From the IMG/VR virus record IMGVR_UViG_3300014205_000001, positions 1 to 64,000 of that record: a DNA stretch of 64,000 bases. One strand, given 5' to 3'. The notes below the pieces were generated by a model. That model saw only the letters and a program-made list of their open reading frames with translations, was not told the origin of the DNA and made no database searches. The position numbers and the translations under genes are program-made. The DNA comes from a virus. Taxonomy: Duplodnaviria; Heunggongvirae; Uroviricota; Caudoviricetes. Shown in pieces: positions 11,251 to 20,508 of the stretch. Position 1 is the stretch's first letter. Each line of letters begins with the position of its first letter.

Positions 11251-11400
11251 AAATTATATATTAAACGAAAACCCGCACAAATTAATGTACGGGTTCACAA
11301 ATTTACAGCGCTCCTGGGAAATTACTCCGTGGACTGTTGTCGATTTGACTCAAGGTTTCTGTTTCTTTGTAGTTACTACAAACCTTTTTTCACTTCGTTT

Positions 11401-12108
11401 TTAAAATCTATCGTTGATGATTGCGAATTTTTCCCGTAGGTTCTTTTCCAAACGTAATCGGCCATGATGAAGGCGATTTTTAACTGTTTGTAAACGTTGT
11501 TCGGGTGTTTTACCTAATTCTTCACCTAAGATGTCACAGATTTCATTGTAACTCTTACCTTTCACATCGCTTAATTCGATGATGGTGCGATATTTTGCAT
11601 CTAACTTAGAAATTTCTTTCATAGTTTCTTTGTACTTCACACTCATTTTTGTACGATAATCAACTGTATGTTGTACAGTATCTTCTGCCGTGTCCATTTT
11701 GTGTTTTAAGAAAGAATGAATCGGATCGTAATTAGAATCTTCATCAGTATTTTCTGCTGATAAATCTACTAAAATTTCTTTTGCGTGATCTTTTTTGTAC
11801 TGATAAGCTAAACGTTTAGCGATTGTAAATAACCAAGTACTGTATTGATATACAGGATTGTATTGGTGAATTTTTAATAAGCTTTCCATAAATGCTTCAT
11901 TCGCAATTTCTTCACAGTCCATATCAGTAATATTAATACCCTGAATATTCCAAACTAATTTGGGATAGTACTTAGCGTAGTAAGTATTAAAATCGTGTCC
12001 TGTAATTTCTTTGAATTTTTGCTCGTACGTAAGGTTTGAGTCTGTCGTGTTGATTAACACATTGTTTGCTTGTTGCTCAGGTGCCTGAGCGATTAAAAAT
12101 GATTCCAT
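11401..12108 (-). CDS. phage RNA polymerase sigma factor (sigma-70/ECF-like)
   Basis: region 2 (EEIANEAFM...YSTWLFTIAKR) and region 4 HTH (GKSYNEICDILG...TVKNRLHHGRLRL). Confidence 0.85.
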   Translation of the reverse strand: MESFLIAQAPEQQANNVLINTTDSNLTYEQKFKEITGHDFNTYYAKYYPKLVWNIQGINITDMDCEEIANEAFMESLLKIHQYNPVYQYSTWLFTIAKRLAYQYKKDHAKEILVDLSAENTDEDSNYDPIHSFLKHKMDTAEDTVQHTVDYRTKMSVKYKETMKEISKLDAKYRTIIELSDVKGKSYNEICDILGEELGKTPEQRLQTVKNRLHHGRLRLEKNLREKFAIINDRF

Positions 12109-12294
12109 AAATTGCCTTTAATTCTTTTTATTGCTGTTTAATATATTATATATTAAAGTTTTACTGATTTGTTTAAAGTACTGCAAATAAAAAGATGTTA
12201 GATACTACAATAAAACAAATTGAGGTAATTAGTTTCAAAATTTATAAAATACTTTACACTTAAACTAAAAGTATGATTTTCAATATAATTAGTA

Positions 12295-13515
12295 ATGGAA
12301 TCAGAAACAGTTGCAACGTTAGACATTGAATATCTTAAACATAACATCCAACAAATATTAGATCGTGTTCATACGAATCCTAATAAACGAAAAATCAATG
12401 CAAAAAAACATGATCGTTTATCCTTTGCTTGTCCTATCTGTGGTGATAGTCATAGTGACAATAAATTAAAACGAGGCCATTTATTTTACAACAACTTATA
12501 CTATAAATGCTATAACGAAAATTGTCGTAGTACCTTTACACGTTTATGTAATGACTTTGGTGTTCATTTAGACCCTACTAAAAAATTAGCACTCATTAAT
12601 TATATTGATACTAATTTTCATCGTTACAAACAAGAAGACGATGATATGATTATGGGTAATATGACTAAACTCATACCCATGGAAGATTTACAAGCATGGT
12701 TTGATAGTGGTAAAGGTGGATTAAAAGGATTTCAACCTGTGCAATTTGGAAGTGCTGTATATTGTTATTTATTAGATCGTGGCATTCCTAAAGATTTAAT
12801 CACCACATTATTTTATGAAGGTATTAAAGAACTAGGTCGTTTTTATGAACCTACGGTTGTATTTATTAATCGTATTGGTGATAAAGTTATTGGGATTCAA
12901 GAACGTAACTTGAAAAGCGGTATGTACCGTAAATTCAAAATTTGGACATTCAAAGAAATATACGAAAGTATCTATGACACTGAAATGGACATGATAGAGT
13001 CTATTTCGTATAATAAATTAAGTTACCTATTCAATATTTTGAATGTTAACTATGAAAAAGAAATCACAATCTTTGAAGGTTATTTAGATTCGTTATTCAT
13101 GCCGAATAGCATTGGTGCTGTAGGTGTAAATACTGATTATAAATTTTTAATGAATCATGATTTAGAAATACGTTTTTTCTTTGACAATGACGATGCAGGT
13201 AAAAAGAAAAGTCAAGAAATGTTAAAGAAAGGATATAAAGTCTTTTTGTGGGAAAAATACATTGACGCATTAGCCAAAAAAGAATCTGACCCACATGCAT
13301 TTAAACGTTGGTTCAATACAAATATTAAAGACTTAAATAAGTTAATGTTCATATTACCTACGCATTGGAAGGAATTAAATATATACTTCAGTAAAGATGT
13401 ATTTGATACATTATACTTAACTTATACTAAAAAGAAAACTAAACCTGTTTATGAACCTAATATTCATAAACAGAATTGGGATAAACAAATTAAAGATTTA
13501 TGGAAGAAACAATAA
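12295..13515 (+). CDS. DNA primase, T4 gp61-like
   Basis: CPICGDS...YKCYNENC zinc finger; TOPRIM motifs FEGYLDS and FFDNDDAG. Confidence 0.9.
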   Translation: MESETVATLDIEYLKHNIQQILDRVHTNPNKRKINAKKHDRLSFACPICGDSHSDNKLKRGHLFYNNLYYKCYNENCRSTFTRLCNDFGVHLDPTKKLALINYIDTNFHRYKQEDDDMIMGNMTKLIPMEDLQAWFDSGKGGLKGFQPVQFGSAVYCYLLDRGIPKDLITTLFYEGIKELGRFYEPTVVFINRIGDKVIGIQERNLKSGMYRKFKIWTFKEIYESIYDTEMDMIESISYNKLSYLFNILNVNYEKEITIFEGYLDSLFMPNSIGAVGVNTDYKFLMNHDLEIRFFFDNDDAGKKKSQEMLKKGYKVFLWEKYIDALAKKESDPHAFKRWFNTNIKDLNKLMFILPTHWKELNIYFSKDVFDTLYLTYTKKKTKPVYEPNIHKQNWDKQIKDLWKKQ

Positions 13516-14042
13516 CAGAAGTAACAACTAAAAAACCTATATTCTATAATGTAGAATTAATTAAATGGTATTTTAGCAAAGGTAAACACATCTTAACTGA
13601 TGGAGAAAAACAAAAAATATTTTCAATTTTATCTTATTCAATTTTAGAAGACCCATACATTTTTATGCGTGTATTATTGTATATTGCAAATACACGTCGT
13701 AGTAATGAAGAAGAAATTGCTTACAAAATATTAATTCATTTTATAGGTACAATGTTTCCTGAAATGTGTATAGCTAATTTAGATTTATTCATGAAATTAG
13801 GAAAAAAAGATGATATTCTGTATTTCATGCAATGCAATAATATTACGCAACGTGTAGTTACATACATTAATCATAAAGCAAAAGAAGATGAAGATTTCAA
13901 AATACTTTTAAATGGTGAAGTAATTGGAATGCCTGTTGATCGTCAAATTAGATACAAACCTAAATTCAAAAAAGGTCATCGTTGGGATGTGTTTTTAATG
14001 AAAATTTTAGATGATTCGTTATTTAACGGAATTACAGTTTAA
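13500..14042 (+). CDS. hypothetical protein resembling N-terminal part of DUF2828/TROVE-like helical proteins
   Basis: EDPYIFMRVLLYIANTRR...FPEMCIANLDLFMKLGKKDDIL pattern. Confidence 0.4.
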   Translation: MEETITEVTTKKPIFYNVELIKWYFSKGKHILTDGEKQKIFSILSYSILEDPYIFMRVLLYIANTRRSNEEEIAYKILIHFIGTMFPEMCIANLDLFMKLGKKDDILYFMQCNNITQRVVTYINHKAKEDEDFKILLNGEVIGMPVDRQIRYKPKFKKGHRWDVFLMKILDDSLFNGITV

Positions 14043-16978
14043 TTAAATCTAAAAGTTTGCGTACGTTTTGTACGTGCACTACCTTTATAACCATTTGTTG
14101 TCGAATCAGTTGTTGCATTATAACCAGTATTATAATAAAACCATGTTACCCAATATTCTACAATAACTTCAACGTTATCAGTACCACCAATACTAAAATT
14201 AATGGGTGCACCTCCATGAGGATGCTGAAATAACATTAATTCTTCGTTCGTAAAAATTCCTGCAGTAATGACTTGGTCCATACGATCAAAATCATTCAAC
14301 GTTGAATTAGGTTCGTATAAAAAGATACGTGTAATTGCACCAAAACCTGAAGTATATGTTTTTACGAACACACGTTCGATTTCAATAAAACATTGTGGGA
14401 CTATCGCTGCAGGTGCTCCCATTCCATTATCTACAGTACCTACAATTCTTAAAAATAATTGATCGTAATTACCATTGGTGATATTTACAGTTGCACCATC
14501 ATTACAAAAAAATGTACCAGGTGAACCTTGAATTTTTAAACGAGTTGTTAATGAAGCTGGAACTGCTGGGTCAGGAAATTGATTATCGTAAGGTGCTAAT
14601 AATTGTGGAGCTTCATAAATAGTTAAATTGATTTCACTAGCTTCACGTATATGAGGAGCTTTAAAATAAGGAACAGTATGAATATAATTCGTATCAATTG
14701 TATTCAAATCACGATAAGCTACACCTTGATCGACAAAAGGAAAATCTGCATCATTACCTGGTAATGTAGTTGCAGTGTTACGATTATCAATTTTAGTATC
14801 TAATGTACCACCTGCTAAATAATCAGCATATAAAATATCATCTCTATTATTAGTACTATTCCAATTACTTGCTGTTAAAGATAAAGACCCTTTATCATGT
14901 ATAACAATAATATCAGTTGTTGTTAATGGGTCTTGGATATTTTCAGATGAAGGTACATGAAATTTCTTAGTAAGATTTGTAGGTAAACCTAAGACACTGG
15001 AATTAGCTGATTTGCCAATTGATTGCGATTGATAAATTACACCATTACTTGAATTATGTAACAAACCTTGCATACGATTCGGATTCATTTTATATTCAGG
15101 GTCACCTATAGGATTCGATGCTGTTGTCCATGGAGTATTACGACCATTTCCTAAATACGCACCTTGAACATAAGTTAAAGCACCACTAATATACGAAGGA
15201 GTAATATCACGAGTAATTAATAAATCCCAATATACTTCATCATGTAAATACATCATTCCACTTAAACGACTATTGTATAAGAATATTACATCTGTACCTA
15301 AATTTCTTGGTATACATATTGTATCATTCATACTACTATTTTGAATAACTCCTTTTTCAATTAATGTATAATCAAATGCACCATACAATGGTGTTATATT
15401 TCCATAAATACGTGAAAATGTAAATGTTGAAGGACCTGCAATGTCTTGATCAATTTGTGCACATAAAGTAATATATGCAGATTTACCTTTAGAGGAACCA
15501 TTAAATGTATTGCTACCCTTTAAAGTTACTCCCTTAACATAAGCTTCAACAATTGTTGAATTTTCAATTACTAAATCAGGTGTCGTGAAATTAATACTAC
15601 TATCAAAATAAGATGAAATGGAAGTTGCATTCGTGAATTTACCAGCTTCAAATATATTTTGAGTTAAATGAATTTTAAGATTTGTAAAATCATAATTAGC
15701 AACGGGATTTGCTGTTTTCCAAGCTGTCCAATCTCCACCTGTAGTTACACCTGGAATATCAAATACTATACTAATTACAGCACTATTAAATGTACCAAAA
15801 GTATATGACATTGCAGCAATCGTACCTGTAATATGAGTTAAATCATAATTAGCAACACCTTCAATACCTGAAATGTATACTGTGCTTCCAATTGCTGTAT
15901 AATGATTGGCTAAGACTTCATATTCAACTTGAATATCAATTTGTTTTAATGTAGCTGAATAGGCTACGGGTGTAGCATTTCCAATTTCTAACGTTAATGG
16001 AATAAAGGTGTTGACAGCAGCGCCATTTACGAATATCTTATCGTTTAAAGTATTTACATTACCAACATAACCTGTGCCAATAGTAATTGAATCCATTTGA
16101 TTGGCTAAAGATTTAGGGAACGTGTTATCACCTAATTTAGCTTTATTAATTGAAATATTATTTAAAGCAATGTAGCTATTGTTAGGATTGGAAAACACAC
16201 CATTGTTTACAATAATATCTGATGCTGTATTGGTAATTCTTTCAAAATAATTATAACCATAACCATCGTTATTATTACCTACTGATACAGCAATACAATA
16301 AAATGGATTACTGTTGAAAATATAACTGCCATCTTCAACTAATTTAATTTTAGATGTAGCTAAATTACTTGCGTCAGTTTTAGAATTAATTTGACCTTTA
16401 CTGATTTCAATATTTTTACCTACGATATGATTAATTACTAAATCTGAATTAGACACAGTACCTGAAACAGCACCCTTATTATTTAATTTAACCGTGTGAT
16501 AATCATTTCCAAAGATACCATTATTAATCGTACCTTTTTTCATAATACCTGATGTGAATACAGCTGTTGCTACATACACAGCTTTTTCCATTGTTGTCGT
16601 ATAACAGTTATATGCTTTATTTGTGTTATCAAAAGGATCGCCATAACGATTATTTGCACCTGAACCGTAAGGATAAACAACTTGATTAGTATTAAAAGGG
16701 ACATCACCATTATATAATGGCGGATATTCAATTACAAAACTATTACTATTAAAAATAGCAATTACTTTATAACCTGTATTAAAATCTGCAAAAGGGTCAC
16801 CGGTAGAATATAAATTTTTGTTACAATTGTCAAAATAACCCCCGACAATATATACTCTATCACCTACAACAAACGAGTGGTCTAATTCAGTATAAAGCTG
16901 AAGATGACCTGCTGTATCTAAACCGTATTGATAACGATTTGCATAATTTACCAGTTTTAAACTCTTGTCGAAACGCAT
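14039..16978 (-). CDS. large virion structural protein (beta-rich)
   Basis: 979 aa, N/G/T-rich; TAATATATA motif upstream. Confidence 0.55.
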   Translation of the reverse strand: MRFDKSLKLVNYANRYQYGLDTAGHLQLYTELDHSFVVGDRVYIVGGYFDNCNKNLYSTGDPFADFNTGYKVIAIFNSNSFVIEYPPLYNGDVPFNTNQVVYPYGSGANNRYGDPFDNTNKAYNCYTTTMEKAVYVATAVFTSGIMKKGTINNGIFGNDYHTVKLNNKGAVSGTVSNSDLVINHIVGKNIEISKGQINSKTDASNLATSKIKLVEDGSYIFNSNPFYCIAVSVGNNNDGYGYNYFERITNTASDIIVNNGVFSNPNNSYIALNNISINKAKLGDNTFPKSLANQMDSITIGTGYVGNVNTLNDKIFVNGAAVNTFIPLTLEIGNATPVAYSATLKQIDIQVEYEVLANHYTAIGSTVYISGIEGVANYDLTHITGTIAAMSYTFGTFNSAVISIVFDIPGVTTGGDWTAWKTANPVANYDFTNLKIHLTQNIFEAGKFTNATSISSYFDSSINFTTPDLVIENSTIVEAYVKGVTLKGSNTFNGSSKGKSAYITLCAQIDQDIAGPSTFTFSRIYGNITPLYGAFDYTLIEKGVIQNSSMNDTICIPRNLGTDVIFLYNSRLSGMMYLHDEVYWDLLITRDITPSYISGALTYVQGAYLGNGRNTPWTTASNPIGDPEYKMNPNRMQGLLHNSSNGVIYQSQSIGKSANSSVLGLPTNLTKKFHVPSSENIQDPLTTTDIIVIHDKGSLSLTASNWNSTNNRDDILYADYLAGGTLDTKIDNRNTATTLPGNDADFPFVDQGVAYRDLNTIDTNYIHTVPYFKAPHIREASEINLTIYEAPQLLAPYDNQFPDPAVPASLTTRLKIQGSPGTFFCNDGATVNITNGNYDQLFLRIVGTVDNGMGAPAAIVPQCFIEIERVFVKTYTSGFGAITRIFLYEPNSTLNDFDRMDQVITAGIFTNEELMLFQHPHGGAPINFSIGGTDNVEVIVEYWVTWFYYNTGYNATTDSTTNGYKGSARTKRTQTFRFN

Positions 16979-17035
16979 AAAAAAAATCCCTTTAGTTATA
17001 TATTAAACTAAAGGGATTTTAAGACTTAGAAAAGA

Positions 17036-17461
17036 TTATTTCGTTTTATAGAAATTACCTTTTTCTAATTTGTATGCTTCTTCTGCTTTTTTTGATGCTT
17101 CTAAAGCAATTCGCCAAGCTTTACGTGCTGCTTTGATTTTTAATTCTTTTTCAGAAAAATCAACTTTAGGTGCAGCAGTTTCTACTTTATACACTTTCTT
17201 GTATAAAAAATGTAGGAATTTGTTGGCTAACGCCATTCCCATTCTTTTCGTTTCAAGACGAGTTAAATAGTTACGTAATACTTTTTCTTTGGATTTGCTT
17301 TCAAAGTTAAGATTCAAGTTAAAGATTCCTGATAGAAATCCTTGTTTCTTTTCTTTCAAATCACCGATGATTTGATACTCTTTGTCTGCTGCGAATTTTT
17401 CGATTGATTCGATCGCTTTTGCAACGTTCTTTGAAGTTGCTTCTAATTTAATTGTTTCCAT
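17036..17461 (-). CDS. hypothetical basic protein
   Basis: 141-aa K-rich ORF, terminator hairpin at 16981-17020. Confidence 0.6.
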   Translation of the reverse strand: METIKLEATSKNVAKAIESIEKFAADKEYQIIGDLKEKKQGFLSGIFNLNLNFESKSKEKVLRNYLTRLETKRMGMALANKFLHFLYKKVYKVETAAPKVDFSEKELKIKAARKAWRIALEASKKAEEAYKLEKGNFYKTK

Positions 17462-17467
17462 TTTGTT

Positions 17468-18016
17468 TTAGTTTTTATTTAATTTAAATTTGTTTTTAAT
17501 TGTTCGGTAAATAAAACTTACTATGGACTTCGGTTTGAATTGATCTACTGCATGTTTTTCATGGTTGGTTATTTTTATTGATTTATAATTGTGACCCAGG
17601 TGGGGTTCGAACCCACAACCGGTGCGGTTAGGCGCCGCACTGCTCTGGCCAGTTGGAGCTACGGGGTCTTGTTGTTGTTTAAATGCTAATCGATAATTCG
17701 ACGTGAATTTTCGTGTTAATTCGCCTGGTTCAATGCAAACACTTGTTGCTTCATTGTTATAATCAGGTTCATGAAATAAAGAGTAATGAACGTTATTCTT
17801 TTCCAATTTATCGACTAATTTCATTAATTCCATTTCATTTGGAACTTCTAAACAAGCGATGTAGTTGGATGTATCATGCCAATCTTGAGTGATTTGACGA
17901 TGAGTTAAAGAAAATTCAAATGCCGAATGTAAGGACTGTGCAATAAATGCACCGGGATTCGGGAGATCAATTCGAGTAACTACTACTACTTTGGGATTTA
18001 CAATCTACTTTTTCAT
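17468..18016 (-). CDS. Pth2-like peptidyl-tRNA hydrolase with in-frame TAG at codon 4 (MKK*IVNPKVVVVTRIDL...)
   Basis: reading upstream of the tracked 17833 start in the same frame gives VVVTRIDLPNPGAFIAQSLHSA...IACLEV...FHEPDYNNEATSVCIEP, the Pth2 pattern; the only upstream ATG is at 18016, followed by TAG at 18005-18007. Confidence 0.75.
17592..17668 (-). tRNA. atypical tRNA, Arg(CCU)-like, with G33 and 6-bp anticodon stem, inside the Pth2-like ORF
   Basis: GACCCCG TA GCTC CAACTGGCCA GAGC A GTGCGG CGCCTAA CCGCAC CGGTT GTGGG TTCGAAC CCCAC CTGGGTC A. Confidence 0.7.
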
Positions 18017-18088
18017 GGTTATTTGTTTTACGTTTACAAATTTATATATTATTTTTTATACTTCCTTAGTCAAAATGTTTAAAATATG

Positions 18089-18256
18089 TTAATTTTGTTT
18101 AAGAATCATGGCTTGATAGGTTGTATTGTTTTTTCCATTTTGATGTCTAAAAGGAAAACCGTACAATTCATATCCTTGACCTAACATTTCGTTAACTTTC
18201 TTTTCTAACTTATCTGTTACATCGTCTCTAACAATTATATACTTTTGTTTCGACAT
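18089..18256 (-). CDS. small DUF1737-like protein
   Basis: 55 aa, KLEKKVNEMLGQGYELYGFPF...YQAMI; paralogue of 20320..20508. Confidence 0.6.
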   Translation of the reverse strand: MSKQKYIIVRDDVTDKLEKKVNEMLGQGYELYGFPFRHQNGKNNTTYQAMILKQN

Positions 18257-18263
18257 TTGAAAA

Positions 18264-18671
18264 TTATTTGTATACTGTTATCATTTCTTGATAAGGTCGT
18301 ACTTCTTTGGAACAGTCTTCCCAATCACCACTAAAATCTACACCATCATACGATGAATAAAAACCACTTATTTCAAGATACACATTATGATCAACAAAAT
18401 GAAATACTCTTCTGTAATCAGAACCACGATCACTACCGCCTTTGGAACCATCTTCCATTTCAACAATTTTGCCGAGTCCTAATTTGTCGTATTCTTCTTC
18501 ATTATAAAGATTATCAAATCGTTGAATGCTGCCGTATTCTGATTCTTCGTAATCATCATCGATTTCAGCTTCATTTTCTATATCGCGCAATTTAAATTTA
18601 ATTGCTTCAACAATTTCTGCAAATGTTTTCTTTGTTCCCATTATTTTAATTTTAGAAAAATCAAGACCCAA
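18264..18671 (-). CDS. acidic hypothetical protein, tandem paralogue family
   Basis: GGSDRGSDYRRVFHFVDHNVYLEISGFYSSYDG motif shared with next two ORFs. Confidence 0.65.
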   Translation of the reverse strand: MGLDFSKIKIMGTKKTFAEIVEAIKFKLRDIENEAEIDDDYEESEYGSIQRFDNLYNEEEYDKLGLGKIVEMEDGSKGGSDRGSDYRRVFHFVDHNVYLEISGFYSSYDGVDFSGDWEDCSKEVRPYQEMITVYK

Positions 18672-18690
18672 TTACGAGTCTTGATTTTAT

Positions 18691-19053
18691 TTATTCGTAT
18701 ACAGTAATTGTACGTTGTGAAGGTTTTACTTCAGAAAGACAACCCCATCCATCATAAAATTCAGTACCATTGTAAGACTGATAATAACCTGTTACTTTCA
18801 CGTACACGTCATGTTCCACAAAGTGATACACACGTTGCCAATCAGAACCTTCGTCTTCACCGCCTGAATCAGCTTCGCTAATATGTTTACAAATACCTAA
18901 CCCTAATTCTTCTGAATCAAAGTCGTGCCAAGCAACACGTTGTACTCGTTCTAATTTATCTTGTAGTATTGCTACTATTTCGTCGTATGTTTTCATTATT
19001 CGTATACTGTTACAGTTTTTTGTTGTGGTTTTACTTCTTCGCAGCAATCCCAA
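18691..19053 (-). CDS. acidic hypothetical protein, tandem paralogue family (real start probably 18996, MKTYDEI)
   Basis: GGEDEGSDWQRVYHFVEHDVYVKVTGYYQSYNG. Confidence 0.65.
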   Translation of the reverse strand: MGLLRRSKTTTKNCNSIRIMKTYDEIVAILQDKLERVQRVAWHDFDSEELGLGICKHISEADSGGEDEGSDWQRVYHFVEHDVYVKVTGYYQSYNGTEFYDGWGCLSEVKPSQRTITVYE

Positions 19054-19589
19054 CCATCGCTGAAGTCAGTACCTTCGTATGAAGAATAGTAACCTGTTAC
19101 TTTGATGTACACGTCATGTTCCACAAAATGTTGAACAATATACCAATGTGAACCTTGTTCTTCACCGCCATGTTGTTCAATTTCTTTAATTTGACCCAGA
19201 CCTAATTCTTCATCTCTGAAATCTTGATGTGCAAATTCAGATACTGAATCCAATTTGTCTTGTAAAATTACAAGAATTTCATCGTATGATAACTTACCTA
19301 ATTTCTTTTTAAGATCAATTGGTGTTTCATACACAGTGACGTTTTTCTGGATAGGTTGCACGAACTCTAAACCTGATACGAATTCGTTGTCACCATACGA
19401 ATCAGTAGAAATTTTCAATTTTACGTATACATCTTCGGCTAATTTGTATACTTCATAACTTAAGCCAGAGTCACCTTGTGAACCTTCACCGCTTAAAGTT
19501 TTGATTACTTCTTCTGATACGCGTTTATCTTTACTCCAACGAAGTTGTGCAAAACTTTTAAACGCTAAGTTTAATTCTTCCCATTTCAT
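18996..19589 (-). CDS. acidic hypothetical protein with two related domains
   Basis: GGEEQGSHWYIVQHFVEHDVYIKVTGYYSSYEG; two ...V.P.QK.VTVYE ends. Confidence 0.65.
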   Translation of the reverse strand: MKWEELNLAFKSFAQLRWSKDKRVSEEVIKTLSGEGSQGDSGLSYEVYKLAEDVYVKLKISTDSYGDNEFVSGLEFVQPIQKNVTVYETPIDLKKKLGKLSYDEILVILQDKLDSVSEFAHQDFRDEELGLGQIKEIEQHGGEEQGSHWYIVQHFVEHDVYIKVTGYYSSYEGTDFSDGWDCCEEVKPQQKTVTVYE

Positions 19590-20319
19590 GATTGATTTGT
19601 TTTATATAGTTATTATTTATTTTTGTAATTTCAATGTAGTTTTCCAATGTAAACAATAAAGCAAACAAAGGACAATGATTAATGATAAATTTCTTAAGCA
19701 TTTTGTCAAATGCAACACGATATTGCATTGTTCTGTATCGTTCCCACGCCATCACCATTACTTCTTCACGGACGAAATTCAATTTTTGTTCGTGTGACAA
19801 TTGTATGAATTTATTTTCATCTAATTCAACTTCAGCACCATCTTTTAACACTAAAGTGTAAATAGGAACCGGATTGAGAATTTTGTGAATATCATCATGT
19901 TGATTTTCGTTGTAATTAATCGCATTGTCGAAAAAATCTTCTTTTGACATTTTCAAGTCACTACGTTTATTTTTGGAATGATATGTATTCCAATACTTAT
20001 ATAAAGTAAAGAATAAATTTGTATCAATTTTACAACCTTTTTTCAATAAAAATTGTAAATCATACATGTGCTTATTCCAATTAATATCCCAACATAAATG
20101 AGACGCTTTAAGCGTACATAAATGATCAGGTTCTAAGATCGTTTTACCAGTTCCATTGTATAGGTCCATTAAAACTTTATTGGGTAGATATTCAGTGTTT
20201 TCAACACGATTTACAGTTGCAATATCTGCATCAACGATATAATCAGTATCTTTGGGTTCACGTGAAAAATCACTAAACCAATGTTTAATGGCTGTACTGC
20301 CAATCAAAATTTTATTCAT
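19558..20319 (-). CDS. phage nucleotidyltransferase-like protein
   Basis: LIGSTAIKHWF...REPKDTDYI: GS...DxD Pol-beta superfamily signature. Confidence 0.6.
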   Translation of the reverse strand: MNKILIGSTAIKHWFSDFSREPKDTDYIVDADIATVNRVENTEYLPNKVLMDLYNGTGKTILEPDHLCTLKASHLCWDINWNKHMYDLQFLLKKGCKIDTNLFFTLYKYWNTYHSKNKRSDLKMSKEDFFDNAINYNENQHDDIHKILNPVPIYTLVLKDGAEVELDENKFIQLSHEQKLNFVREEVMVMAWERYRTMQYRVAFDKMLKKFIINHCPLFALLFTLENYIEITKINNNYIKQINHEMGRIKLSV

Positions 20320-20508
20320 TTACGATTCTTTATTGTTTTCAGGTAAAATAACTGCTTGGTATCTAAATCCATCTGCACGAAAAGGAAACCCATACAAGAC
20401 ATAACCTTTGCTTAAAAATAAATTTACTTTTTCACTTAATTTTTCAGCACTGTCGCTATTTAGTAATAGATACACCTGTTTTACTTCAGTTACTTTTACT
20501 TCACTCAT
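20320..20508 (-). CDS. small DUF1737-like protein
   Basis: LSEKVNLFLSKGYVLYGFPF...YQAVI. Confidence 0.6.
   Translation of the reverse strand: MSEVKVTEVKQVYLLLNSDSAEKLSEKVNLFLSKGYVLYGFPFRADGFRYQAVILPENNKES

Noticed and set aside
17592-17668. tRNA-Pyl or canonical amber suppressor
   Set aside because: CUA is off-centre in the 7-nt loop, D and T loops are standard, and no pyl genes are present.
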